From UHGV virus genome UHGV-0193858: 19,501 bases of DNA; one strand, written 5' to 3'. Below are positions 1-8,055 of this stretch, one piece after another. Within the stretch, counting starts at the first letter, position 1. Each line of letters starts with the position of its first letter. Below the pieces are notes generated by a model. The model was not told the DNA's origin. It ran no database searches and saw only the letters and a list, made by a program, of their open reading frames with translations. The DNA is from a virus. A program made the translations under genes and the position numbers.

Positions 1-158
1 ATTGTTTTCACGTCTACGCCTGTCACATCAGCCACCTGCTGCCGGGTAGCGCCGTTCTCCAGCATTCTGCGGCACCGCTCCACCACTTCTTCAGTCATTA
101 TCCGGCGGCGGCCGCCGACTCTCTCCTGCTCCATCGCTGCGGACCGACTCGGATGCAT
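1..158 (-). CDS. Partial CDS: serine-recombinase (Hin/Gin/Pin-type) C-terminal HTH domain; runs off the window start, no catalytic domain found upstream
   Basis: Minus-strand translation from ATG at 158..156 reads MHPSRSAAMEQERVGGRRRIMTEEVVERCRRMLENGATRQQVADVTGVDVKT. The GGR linker followed by G.TRQQVA...GV.VKT matches the invertase C-terminal HTH as I remember it (Hin: GHPRQQLAIIFGIGVSTLYRYFP). An in-frame stop lies at 198..200 and no resolvase catalytic motifs appear in any frame of 160..970. Confidence 0.35.
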   Translation of the reverse strand, partial: MHPSRSAAMEQERVGGRRRIMTEEVVERCRRMLENGATRQQVADVTGVDVKT

Positions 159-168
159 TCGGCAAATT

Positions 169-969
169 CTAGGCCGTGATTTTTCCAATCCTCTCCATCA
201 GATATGCCAGGATGACATCCAGTGTGCTGGTCCCATATGCATATTTGCCGGGGAAAACCAAACATTCTGACAAAACGGATGTTAACGGAGACACTGAACC
301 ATTGCCTGCTCCGCCAATACTCATTTTTTGAGACGGGCTATACGCTGGGATTGTATAGCCCGTCACTTGTCGGCTGGTCACTGCAGACTGATCTGACCGC
401 TGGTATGCAATTGCATAGGATCCAGCAGCCTTGTTAGAGCACATAACTACAGCGCAGAATAAAGATTGCCCTATATTGTTAGGAGTAAATGCCAGATCGG
501 CCTCGATCCCTCCATTCAGAAAAATCGGGAATGAACCTGCTGACGTTGTACGAATGCCGACGCCATGAGGTGTGCTTTCCTGGGTTGCGATAACCGCTCT
601 GTCCTGTGGCGTAGCCGGAAGCGCCCCACCTGGCAGCTGATAGATGAATGCAAAAGTATTGATGTTTGCGTCCATAACCACCGCCGTATCACCAGCCATG
701 CCGGATGCACCGGAGAAATTAAGCCCCTGCAAAACAGAACCATTCAGCTTTGTGGATGGCTCGAGGGTCTCCAGTGACTTGAAAAGTCCGCCATCTAATC
801 GGTTAGAGATAGCTACTACTTTTGCACCAGACCCCATTTTTAGAAACTCTGTCTTCACTGGTGTCCATACTGATGGGGATAGTTCTGAGATCGCTTTCTC
901 TGCCGCTGTTTGTGAGTACACAGGGAGTAAGGGGTTATTCAGTCCAGTTAGTGTGTAAATCAGTCTCAT
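169..969 (-). CDS. Hypothetical protein (266 aa) co-transcribed immediately downstream of the tailspike gene; possible tail-fibre accessory or receptor-binding component
   Basis: Long ORF whose ATG lies 10 nt after the stop of the 687-aa gene, preceded by a GAGGA Shine-Dalgarno on the minus strand. No motif I recognise. Confidence 0.5.
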   Translation of the reverse strand: MRLIYTLTGLNNPLLPVYSQTAAEKAISELSPSVWTPVKTEFLKMGSGAKVVAISNRLDGGLFKSLETLEPSTKLNGSVLQGLNFSGASGMAGDTAVVMDANINTFAFIYQLPGGALPATPQDRAVIATQESTPHGVGIRTTSAGSFPIFLNGGIEADLAFTPNNIGQSLFCAVVMCSNKAAGSYAIAYQRSDQSAVTSRQVTGYTIPAYSPSQKMSIGGAGNGSVSPLTSVLSECLVFPGKYAYGTSTLDVILAYLMERIGKITA

Positions 970-978
970 TTTTTATCC

Positions 979-3042
979 TCAGAAAACGTTAATACGAAAA
1001 GCGGGGAGCCAGTCGTAAAGAGTCACGGATGTGTCATACACCCATATGATTCCAGCGGAAGATCGAACACACCCTCTTGCACCAAGAGTCCGCCCGGAAG
1101 GTTTTACAGATGCGCCGCTCTGAAGTGGGTTTTCTGCTGTCGCATAGGAAACGCGCCCAAAACGTCCAGAGGGGGCGGTCGCCAGGTTAATCAGCACGCC
1201 CTTGCCGTCCGAGCTGATCGCGATGCTCGATATAGCAGGTGGAGCACCAGTCTCATCCGTGTAGCTAAAGCCGTAATTGGCCAGACCGGAGGTGTTGATC
1301 GTAGTCGTGTCCAGCACCAGGTTCGTATACGCTGGGACATTGATTTGTATCTGCGTGGGTGAGTTCCACACGAAACTGGTCGGAACCATCCCTGACCAGC
1401 CGCTCGTAAACCACTCCTGGAGAAGCGCTCTCGCCACAGCTGCTCCGCGCCGGTTCTGGCCCGCACACGTCAAGTGCAGACCGTCTGAAATAAAATCGTA
1501 CTGGTACAAACTATTGACCAGCCTGAATTGCTCTTTTCCGTGCAATCGCGTCGACGCCAGTCGCGCGTACTGGCCTGTAAATGCACCATGCCCGTCATTG
1601 ACATACCCCAGCTGGGTAATGGCGATAATCGGCGGTTCGTTTTGACCCGTTCTTGCGATGATGTCGCTGGTGATTTGTCTCTGGTACTGCCTCATCCGTG
1701 ATTCATACATTCCTTCTCGTAATCCTGACCAGTCCTCGTCGGACTCTCCCTGCATCCAGTCAACGCAGAGAACAATCGGCAGCCAGCCGCGTGCTTTACA
1801 GGCCGTTACGCAGTCTTCGATTGAATCGAGCAGATACTGATATACCTGGTTACCCCGTTTCTGGTACTCGTAAGCCTGACCAGACTGCGCACATACGATT
1901 GATAGCGTGCGCGGCATGATTCCGGTAGCTGCAGCCATATCGCGAATGAAGGTGTTCGCGAGGCCGCTTGCGGCCGTTTCTTTATCTGTCCCACTTACTG
2001 CCTCAACCAGTGGCACCAGAGTAGTGCTGCGTGTCCCTGTACGCCTAACCCCGCCGCTGAGCATGAAAGCGTTATCAGGATATATCGGCGTTGCTGCGAC
2101 AATGGTTTGATCGGCGTCAGGACAATATCCTCGAGCGTTGGATTGCCCAGCAGTCACAAAGATAAAACATACAGGCACTGTCTCTGAGTAGGGGTACACA
2201 GTAGACCCTGACAAATGAAGTCCATACTCAGGGAGCTGGTTGGCATCATCGTCGCCACCACCACCGCCATTTCCGTTATTAACAGCTACCAGGCCACCGT
2301 CTGAGTAAATCCAGTGCTTCCCACCAACCGTATAAGCTTCAACGATCTGGTTTGTGGTTGAATCAACCGTCATCCGCCACACTTTTTCACCGCCAATAAA
2401 CTGCGGTATAGAACCCTCCCGGCCCAGCGCATAGAGTTCGGATTCTTGTTGGGTTAAAAGTTCGTAATATTTTCCGTCAGGACCGATTTGAATTAATCTG
2501 CCGCTTGTATTTAAAAATGGAGCCACGCGGGAAGTCTCCGGATCATATGCTGCCAGGGTCACGCTGTCTGGCGATACCTGGTATGCGTAGTCGTCACGAA
2601 CCATCCGCCGTCCGGTTGGCTGCAGCGTTCCAGCGAGGTTGATATACTCATCGGCCAGAGAGCTTCCGTCCTGACTGCGGACATAGGTTGTTGAACCTGC
2701 CGGAATATTCGCAATATCCGCCTGCGCCGCCGCCAGCGTCATGTACTGCCGGCTGAGAGGGATCAGGTTTTGGCGGGCTTCATCAATAACAGCGTCGGTA
2801 GCAGCTGCCATTTTTTTAGTAGCCCCAATTATCGTATCCTGGGCGTTACCAAAACGATCTATAAAAGTATCGCTTTCGCTGTTCAGGAAATCATCGTACG
2901 CCAGGGCGTTATCATTCAGATCCTTCATGCTATTTGAAGGTCTTGGATTGCCGGTATTATATCTTTTGTCCATACCTGTTCCTGTCTTCATCTTTTCAAT
3001 GAAGCAATTAAGATTGACGCCCCGCCCCTTCAGGGCTAACAT
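979..3042 (-). CDS. Tailspike/tail-fibre protein with a central SGNH/SASA-type carbohydrate esterase domain; true start probably internal (ATG at 2973 or 2991)
   Basis: 687-aa ORF. The central segment VCFIFVTAGQSNARGY carries the GQSN(M)xG nucleophile motif of the SASA/DUF303 esterases, and DGLH near the end of the domain fits the Asp-x-x-His of the triad. A glycine run (NGNGGGGGDDD) precedes it. MDKRYNT at 2973 has an AGGAACAGGT Shine-Dalgarno upstream. Confidence 0.65.
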   Translation of the reverse strand: MLALKGRGVNLNCFIEKMKTGTGMDKRYNTGNPRPSNSMKDLNDNALAYDDFLNSESDTFIDRFGNAQDTIIGATKKMAAATDAVIDEARQNLIPLSRQYMTLAAAQADIANIPAGSTTYVRSQDGSSLADEYINLAGTLQPTGRRMVRDDYAYQVSPDSVTLAAYDPETSRVAPFLNTSGRLIQIGPDGKYYELLTQQESELYALGREGSIPQFIGGEKVWRMTVDSTTNQIVEAYTVGGKHWIYSDGGLVAVNNGNGGGGGDDDANQLPEYGLHLSGSTVYPYSETVPVCFIFVTAGQSNARGYCPDADQTIVAATPIYPDNAFMLSGGVRRTGTRSTTLVPLVEAVSGTDKETAASGLANTFIRDMAAATGIMPRTLSIVCAQSGQAYEYQKRGNQVYQYLLDSIEDCVTACKARGWLPIVLCVDWMQGESDEDWSGLREGMYESRMRQYQRQITSDIIARTGQNEPPIIAITQLGYVNDGHGAFTGQYARLASTRLHGKEQFRLVNSLYQYDFISDGLHLTCAGQNRRGAAVARALLQEWFTSGWSGMVPTSFVWNSPTQIQINVPAYTNLVLDTTTINTSGLANYGFSYTDETGAPPAISSIAISSDGKGVLINLATAPSGRFGRVSYATAENPLQSGASVKPSGRTLGARGCVRSSAGIIWVYDTSVTLYDWLPAFRINVF

Positions 3043-3050
3043 CGCCTTAC

Positions 3051-3338
3051 GTGTTTAAACGGTTAAATAAGAGAATGATTTTAATAAATAAATACACCCC
3101 TCCAACGCAGGAAGATTTAGCCAGACTGAAATCCGCACTAAATTACTCCGGAAACCAAATGGCAGGGCTCGCAGGTGTAGCCAGCGATAGCCAATGGCGG
3201 AAATACACTGGCGGAGAGAGCCCCAGGGTAATGTCAAGACACATACTGTTTTATATTGCAGCTCAGCTTGTTCTGTCTGATGAGCAACTTAACAATGTAA
3301 TAAATAAAATGCGCGATATTGGCGCGGAGATAAAATAA
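3051..3338 (+). CDS. Small XRE-like helix-turn-helix protein (putative regulator); start uncertain (GTG at 3051 or ATG at 3075)
   Basis: 95-aa ORF. The segment SGNQMAGLAGVASDSQWRKYTGGE resembles a Cro/CI-type HTH. Its stop overlaps the acyltransferase start (ATAATG), suggesting translational coupling. Confidence 0.4.
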   Translation: MFKRLNKRMILINKYTPPTQEDLARLKSALNYSGNQMAGLAGVASDSQWRKYTGGESPRVMSRHILFYIAAQLVLSDEQLNNVINKMRDIGAEIK

Positions 3339-4429
3339 TGCTTGGCCTAATAAGGTTTTTTTTGGCATCGTGCGTCATTGCTTTTCACTTAACGGCTCGC
3401 ATACCTGCACTTGGCAACTTTGCAGTGAATTGCTTCTATGTTATTAGTGGTTTTTTAATAACATACATTTTGCATGAAACATACAAGTTCAACTTCTCTA
3501 TGTTTTGGAAAAATAGAATACTGAGGTTATTCCCGGCATATATATTTTTTCTCGTCATGGGCTTTCTTATTATAAAATTAATTCCATCCGCAAAGGAATT
3601 CCACTCAAACTGGACAGGCAATTTCTTACCTGGAGATTTATTAGGAAACCTCTTAATCTTCCCCTGGGCTTTCCTTTCTGATAATGCTGTAGCAAATCCA
3701 TTCGGTGCCTTTTCATCCATTTATCACTTTGCTATTGATGGTAATAGATTCAGAATAGTCACATCATCATGGTCAGTGGGTGTTGAGATAACATGTTATT
3801 TTTTATTGTGGCTTTTCATAGCCCGAAATAAATTTACAGCCATTACGTCGATTCTGCTTTCACTGCTTTATCATGCTTACGTATATGTAGTACACCATTC
3901 TTTTGATATGGCGTATTTCCCATTCCTTGCTGCAACACTTCCTTTTAGCATGGGTTCTCTGGGTTATTTTGCCCATAGAAAGTTCAAAGCTATGTATCTT
4001 TCTCCACACAAAGCTTTTTTAATAACATTTATTTGCATCGGGATTTTTATTACCAATTGGCATTTATATACAATTAATCCATTAGGTCAGTACAACATAA
4101 TACTTTACTACACCAATAATGTAATAGCATTGTTTACAACCCTGGTATTATTAAAAATAAAGACAAACATACATCTTGAGAAAATACTCAAGTGGTTTGG
4201 TGACCTGGCCTATCCAATTTTTCTTTGTCAATATTTTGGTGGATTTCTAGCATGGCTTGCTATTGGTGGTGAAAATCGTGGCTTATCCATCTTTTTATTA
4301 GGCTACCCAATATCAATTGCACTTGGGATCGTTTGTGTAATATTAATAGACAAGCCACTAATTAAAATTAGAGCAAAAATAAGGGCGGACGCTCAAAGCA
4401 AAAATAATCAGGAAAACTCTTCAAGGTAA
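3338..4429 (+). CDS. Acyltransferase family 3 integral membrane protein (polysaccharide O-acetyltransferase-like, Oac/WecH type)
   Basis: 363-aa ORF, strongly hydrophobic throughout. The N-terminus has the family pattern: His in the first helix (CVIAFH) and FYVISGFLIT (FFxxSGFLIT motif). The region is visibly AT-rich compared with its neighbours and lies on the opposite strand to the phage structural genes. Confidence 0.75.
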   Translation: MLGLIRFFLASCVIAFHLTARIPALGNFAVNCFYVISGFLITYILHETYKFNFSMFWKNRILRLFPAYIFFLVMGFLIIKLIPSAKEFHSNWTGNFLPGDLLGNLLIFPWAFLSDNAVANPFGAFSSIYHFAIDGNRFRIVTSSWSVGVEITCYFLLWLFIARNKFTAITSILLSLLYHAYVYVVHHSFDMAYFPFLAATLPFSMGSLGYFAHRKFKAMYLSPHKAFLITFICIGIFITNWHLYTINPLGQYNIILYYTNNVIALFTTLVLLKIKTNIHLEKILKWFGDLAYPIFLCQYFGGFLAWLAIGGENRGLSIFLLGYPISIALGIVCVILIDKPLIKIRAKIRADAQSKNNQENSSR

Positions 4430-5192
4430 ACTAAACCATTCGCTCCTTTTCCTGATGAATAGTTACCATTCCCCCCGGCACCACCTGAGCCGGGGAAACC
4501 GCCATCATCGCCAGAACTACCGAAGTGGCCATTGCCACCCGTTGATGAAAATGCAGATCCTCCAGCCCCGCCAATAAAAGCATCAGAACCATAATACAGA
4601 CCACCTTGAGATATTCCGCCAGTAATATTTAAAATGTTCCCGCCACTTCCGATACCTCCAGCAGGAACTGTAGCCCCGCCACCACTCCCTCCAGTAGCTG
4701 AGATTAAACTCCCGAACCTTGTATCACCACCATTCCCGCCTTTAGACGAGACACCAGCAGCAACAGCACTGCCACCAGTACCTATCGTCACAGATATAGT
4801 TTCGTTATCAGAAATATTAAATAACCCTTCCGAAAATCCACCAGCACAACCTCCAGATGCGCCCACACTAACTGGAGCATTCTGGCCACCTCCCCCGCTC
4901 CCCAAACTTTCACCCGCACTCTTTTCGTCCCTTTAGTTGGAGTGTAAGTCCCTGACTTAGTAAAGGTGACAATATTAAGCAGGCGACCGCCACCAATCGC
5001 TTTAAGAACCTGTGAATCATCATCAGGATCAAGCTCAAGCCCCGCGCCCTCAACAACGTTTACCAGCTCACGCTGAAAGGTATTCATCATCTCAGCATTA
5101 ATTATTGTCGGTGAAATACCATTAGCGACATTACCATTAGTGTATTCACCATTAGCATCAGCGGTGTCAGTTGTACTGCCAACTTTTCTCAT
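4408..5192 (-). CDS. Tail fibre protein (conserved N-terminal domain plus glycine-rich C-terminal domain), split between two frames by a 1-nt frameshift in a G-run
   Basis: ORF 4788..5192 encodes an N-terminus typical of Mu/P2-type fibres (FQRELVNVVEGAGLELDPDDDSQVLKAI ... TFTKSGTYTPTKGTKRVRVKVWGAG). ORF 4408..4905 encodes the Gly-rich continuation in another frame and has a TTG start. Both frames are open across 4788..4932. Adding one G to the GGGGG run (plus-strand C5 at 4892..4896) gives a continuous 261-codon ORF reading ...VKVWGAGGGGGQNAPVSVG... Confidence 0.6.
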
Positions 5193-5218
5193 ATAAACCT
5201 TCTTTTTAAATGTCTGAA

Positions 5219-5893
5219 TTAAACGTAACCGGAAGCGATATCAAATATTTTGGCAAACTCAGGCGTGACTTCGTAAACCCCCTCATCGTTAAAACCGAAA
5301 TAGATATAGCCGAATTTGACCAGGGTGTATGAGGGGGCGAGGGCATTAATCCGGCATTCAAGCTGACGATTACCCCAGGAACGTAATGGATCGCCACAAT
5401 AACTCAGACCCGCACGGGCATAAGTTATCGTTGTGTCTTCCGCCTCTACCAGCCAGACAAATGGCCAGTCATCCCCATTTAGCCCGTCACCACATACCGA
5501 TAAGCCAGCACGCGCCTGCCGGTATTCCTTAATCGAAATCGTATAACCCATTGCTGCGGCAATACTGATGAAATAGCTCTTTGACTGCCCGCCGGTACTG
5601 ATGAGTTTCGATACAATGTCAGACTGACGCTTCGCAATCGTATCCACTTCGCCAATCGAGCAATCATCAGGTAAGCCGAGTGTTTTTTCCCACTCGGTGA
5701 GCATAATCGTCGCAGTTTTTGGAAAGGCACCGCGCAGCAATGCAAGTGCGTCGTTATCACTTCGCTGGAAACTGGCCGCAATGGCCCGCAGTACAGCGGC
5801 CTGAACAGCTTTTGGATCCCGTGTCCACGCTCGGCCGGTGGGGATAAGCGCCTGCAGTGCCTTCTGATAATCGTCTGTTGAGAAAAGGCTCAT
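5219..5893 (-). CDS. Phage tail protein, DUF2313 family (Mu gp48 / P2 gpI / e14 YmfQ-like)
   Basis: 224 aa, position directly after the J-like gene, and the N-terminal pattern LIPTGRAW ... LTEWEKTLGLP typical of this family. Its start overlaps the J-like stop. Confidence 0.7.
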   Translation of the reverse strand: MSLFSTDDYQKALQALIPTGRAWTRDPKAVQAAVLRAIAASFQRSDNDALALLRGAFPKTATIMLTEWEKTLGLPDDCSIGEVDTIAKRQSDIVSKLISTGGQSKSYFISIAAAMGYTISIKEYRQARAGLSVCGDGLNGDDWPFVWLVEAEDTTITYARAGLSYCGDPLRSWGNRQLECRINALAPSYTLVKFGYIYFGFNDEGVYEVTPEFAKIFDIASGYV

Positions 5894-7038
5894 GTGTAGT
5901 TCACCTCACCACGAACAGCCAGCTCCCCAACTCCCGGCTCAATATTCGCAGAAGGCGACACAAGGATATAACCTGAAGTACCGGCAACATCCCCTATCGC
6001 ACGGTTGAGATCTGAAAGGTAAATTTTCCCTGTGCCGAGCGGGTTAGCGGATTCAAACAATACCCCGTCAATCGCATCAGCAATGGCCGCAGTCGTTGCG
6101 CTGTCGGCATCAGATATCCCGCCTATTTCAAAATCGATAACGCGTTCGATGGGAGAGCAGACATAGTTAAGGGAAGTAACCGGCGCAAGCGGATACATAT
6201 AATCGGCAACTCTCCCCTGATCCCCGGTGGCTTTTACAGCCCCCCACTCTTCCAGTTGAGAGACACCGTCAGTTCCTACAGGGAATCCATGATTGGTTTT
6301 ATCATCGCCGTCGCACATGATGTAAATCACCACGGTACCCGGCCCCATCCCCCGGCGCCGTATCCATGCCCTGGTAATCCCCGACACGGATAAAGCCCAG
6401 CTTTTATAATCAGTGTCACTCCCGCCCTGCGGGGGATTCTGATACGCCAGCAGACCACGTAATCGGAAATCCTCTTCACTTTCAATGTTGGCGCCGCCGG
6501 TGGCGGGCTCAATCAGCGTAACCGAGCTGTCTATGCCGGGGGCATTAGCATCCAGTGTAAGAATGGTGCCAGCATCGGCATTTCCGGAAGCGCCTCCTCC
6601 TGTCACATCGTCTGTGATATCCGGCAAAACCGCTGTTACAGCAACCGACGCACTGCCAGCAGTGTTTATCGTTATGGCATCATCGGTTGTGTACTGGTAA
6701 CCATCATCACGGTTTAACACCGCCCCTTTTGACAGTGTTTTCCCCGGCGTTCCGGTAACGGTCGCCGCCGGAGAGCGTGCTGCCGTTGCGGCTTTTCGGT
6801 AAATCTGCTTTAGCGCCATCCATCCGGCAAGCCACTCATCGGTAGAGGTGAAAGGCGTGCTCTGACGGGCAATATAATCCAGGTAGGCGTAGTGCAGATG
6901 GGCCATGCCCGCATCCATATCAGCGAGCACCTTAAGGTTGCCAAACCGTAACAGCGCGCCAACACTTTCAAGCTCTGCCTGCATAAACTGGCGATTCTCC
7001 TGCCGGAGCTCGCTCAGTGTTTTCCGCTTAAATGGCAT
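5890..7038 (-). CDS. Baseplate J-like protein (Mu gp47-like)
   Basis: 382 aa, placed between the gp46-like and DUF2313 genes, with overlapping stop/start codons on both sides as in Mu-type baseplate operons. Confidence 0.75.
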   Translation of the reverse strand: MPFKRKTLSELRQENRQFMQAELESVGALLRFGNLKVLADMDAGMAHLHYAYLDYIARQSTPFTSTDEWLAGWMALKQIYRKAATAARSPAATVTGTPGKTLSKGAVLNRDDGYQYTTDDAITINTAGSASVAVTAVLPDITDDVTGGGASGNADAGTILTLDANAPGIDSSVTLIEPATGGANIESEEDFRLRGLLAYQNPPQGGSDTDYKSWALSVSGITRAWIRRRGMGPGTVVIYIMCDGDDKTNHGFPVGTDGVSQLEEWGAVKATGDQGRVADYMYPLAPVTSLNYVCSPIERVIDFEIGGISDADSATTAAIADAIDGVLFESANPLGTGKIYLSDLNRAIGDVAGTSGYILVSPSANIEPGVGELAVRGEVNYT

Positions 7039-7477
7039 TATTCAGTTGCTCCCATAGCCAGAAGAATTTGAACTCCTGCCAGTCCCCCGCCGGCGGCAAA
7101 TACCGGATGATGAGGTTCAGCCTATTCGGGAAAACAATCTCTGACTGAGCCTCTATCGCTGCTGCAATACCATCCGACTTCATCCAGGCCAGAGCCTCTT
7201 CGGCATAATCTTCAGCTCTCATCGCCACTTCGCGCGTCAGTTTTTCACGCCGCAGTAGCCACAGCCTTGAGCCAATATTCCGGTCGTTGTCCAGATCCCC
7301 CCACCAGCCGCGGCGGTCAGTTCCTTCATAATCATCATCAGCGCGCGCCAGTCCGTCAGTAAACAAACTGATAATTATGGCCGTGTGCATATCATTCTCA
7401 GATGTCAGTACGCCGTTACCGGTTTGCCAGTCAGCATGAATGGCATCCACATCCCAGAATGAGGAAATATCACTCAT
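7028..7477 (-). CDS. Baseplate protein, GP46 family (Mu gp46 / P2 gpW-like)
   Basis: 149 aa, with N-terminal W..DL....GDL and a TAIIISLFTD segment as I remember for GP46-family proteins. Position between the V-like and J-like genes. Confidence 0.65.
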   Translation of the reverse strand: MSDISSFWDVDAIHADWQTGNGVLTSENDMHTAIIISLFTDGLARADDDYEGTDRRGWWGDLDNDRNIGSRLWLLRREKLTREVAMRAEDYAEEALAWMKSDGIAAAIEAQSEIVFPNRLNLIIRYLPPAGDWQEFKFFWLWEQLNNAI

Positions 7478-8055
7478 ACCTGACTCTCTGTTTTTTCGCT
7501 TATGATCGTGCTATCGCCGGACTGAACTTTTTTAACGTCATGGTCATGATCGTTGTGAGCATCCCGCAGCGCTTTGAGCGTTGAATTGTTCGTCTCGCAG
7601 TTATCGATGATGTCACCCGTCACCAGGAGTTTGGGGGTAACCAGCTTTACCTGTTCCGTTGCCGTCGCGGTGATGTTTCTGGCATTATTGATCTCTACAT
7701 CTTTGCCTTTCGCATCAATGAAAATTCCCTCCTCGGTCAGATGAATATTCATCCCCTGCTGGTTATAGACCACGGTTTCGCCTGGCTTAAGCCCGGTATA
7801 CCGGAAGCTTTGATGGTTAGAGGCAATGACGACAGGACTGGAGCGGTCCCCGCCGAGAAAGGCAATAAGCACATCCGATCCCGCCGGTAACCCCGATGAA
7901 AAACCAAAATCAGAGAGCCGTGGGGCGCTGGCCACTTCCAGCGGAGTCTGGTACTGGATTTCCTGCACAACCCCGCTATCTTTCTGCGTGGTAATACGGC
8001 CAATGCCCAGCATGCCGGCGATGCGCGTGGCCGATTTCTTTAAATTTTGATTCAT
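7474..8055 (-). CDS. Baseplate assembly protein V / central spike (Mu gp45-like)
   Basis: 193 aa, size and position after the hub gene, and a C-terminal histidine cluster (HNDHDHD) reminiscent of metal-binding spike tips. Confidence 0.65.
   Translation of the reverse strand: MNQNLKKSATRIAGMLGIGRITTQKDSGVVQEIQYQTPLEVASAPRLSDFGFSSGLPAGSDVLIAFLGGDRSSPVVIASNHQSFRYTGLKPGETVVYNQQGMNIHLTEEGIFIDAKGKDVEINNARNITATATEQVKLVTPKLLVTGDIIDNCETNNSTLKALRDAHNDHDHDVKKVQSGDSTIISEKTESQV

Noticed and set aside
3436-3720. Minus-strand 94-aa ORF
   Set aside because: It is embedded antisense in the acyltransferase gene and AT-rich with a Lys-rich composition; an artefact of AT-rich DNA.
4634-4936. Pro-rich plus-strand ORF (100 aa)
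   Set aside because: It is the antisense of the Gly-rich tail-fibre domain (GGN codons read as NCC); a compositional artefact.
160-5220. Invertible tail-fibre segment (Gin/Pin/Hin-type G or P region) suggested by the invertase-like fragment at the window start
   Set aside because: I found no gix/hix-like inverted half-sites (TTATC.AAACC..GGTTT..GATAA) flanking the region, no duplicated inverted fibre C-termini, and the invertase fragment lacks a catalytic domain.
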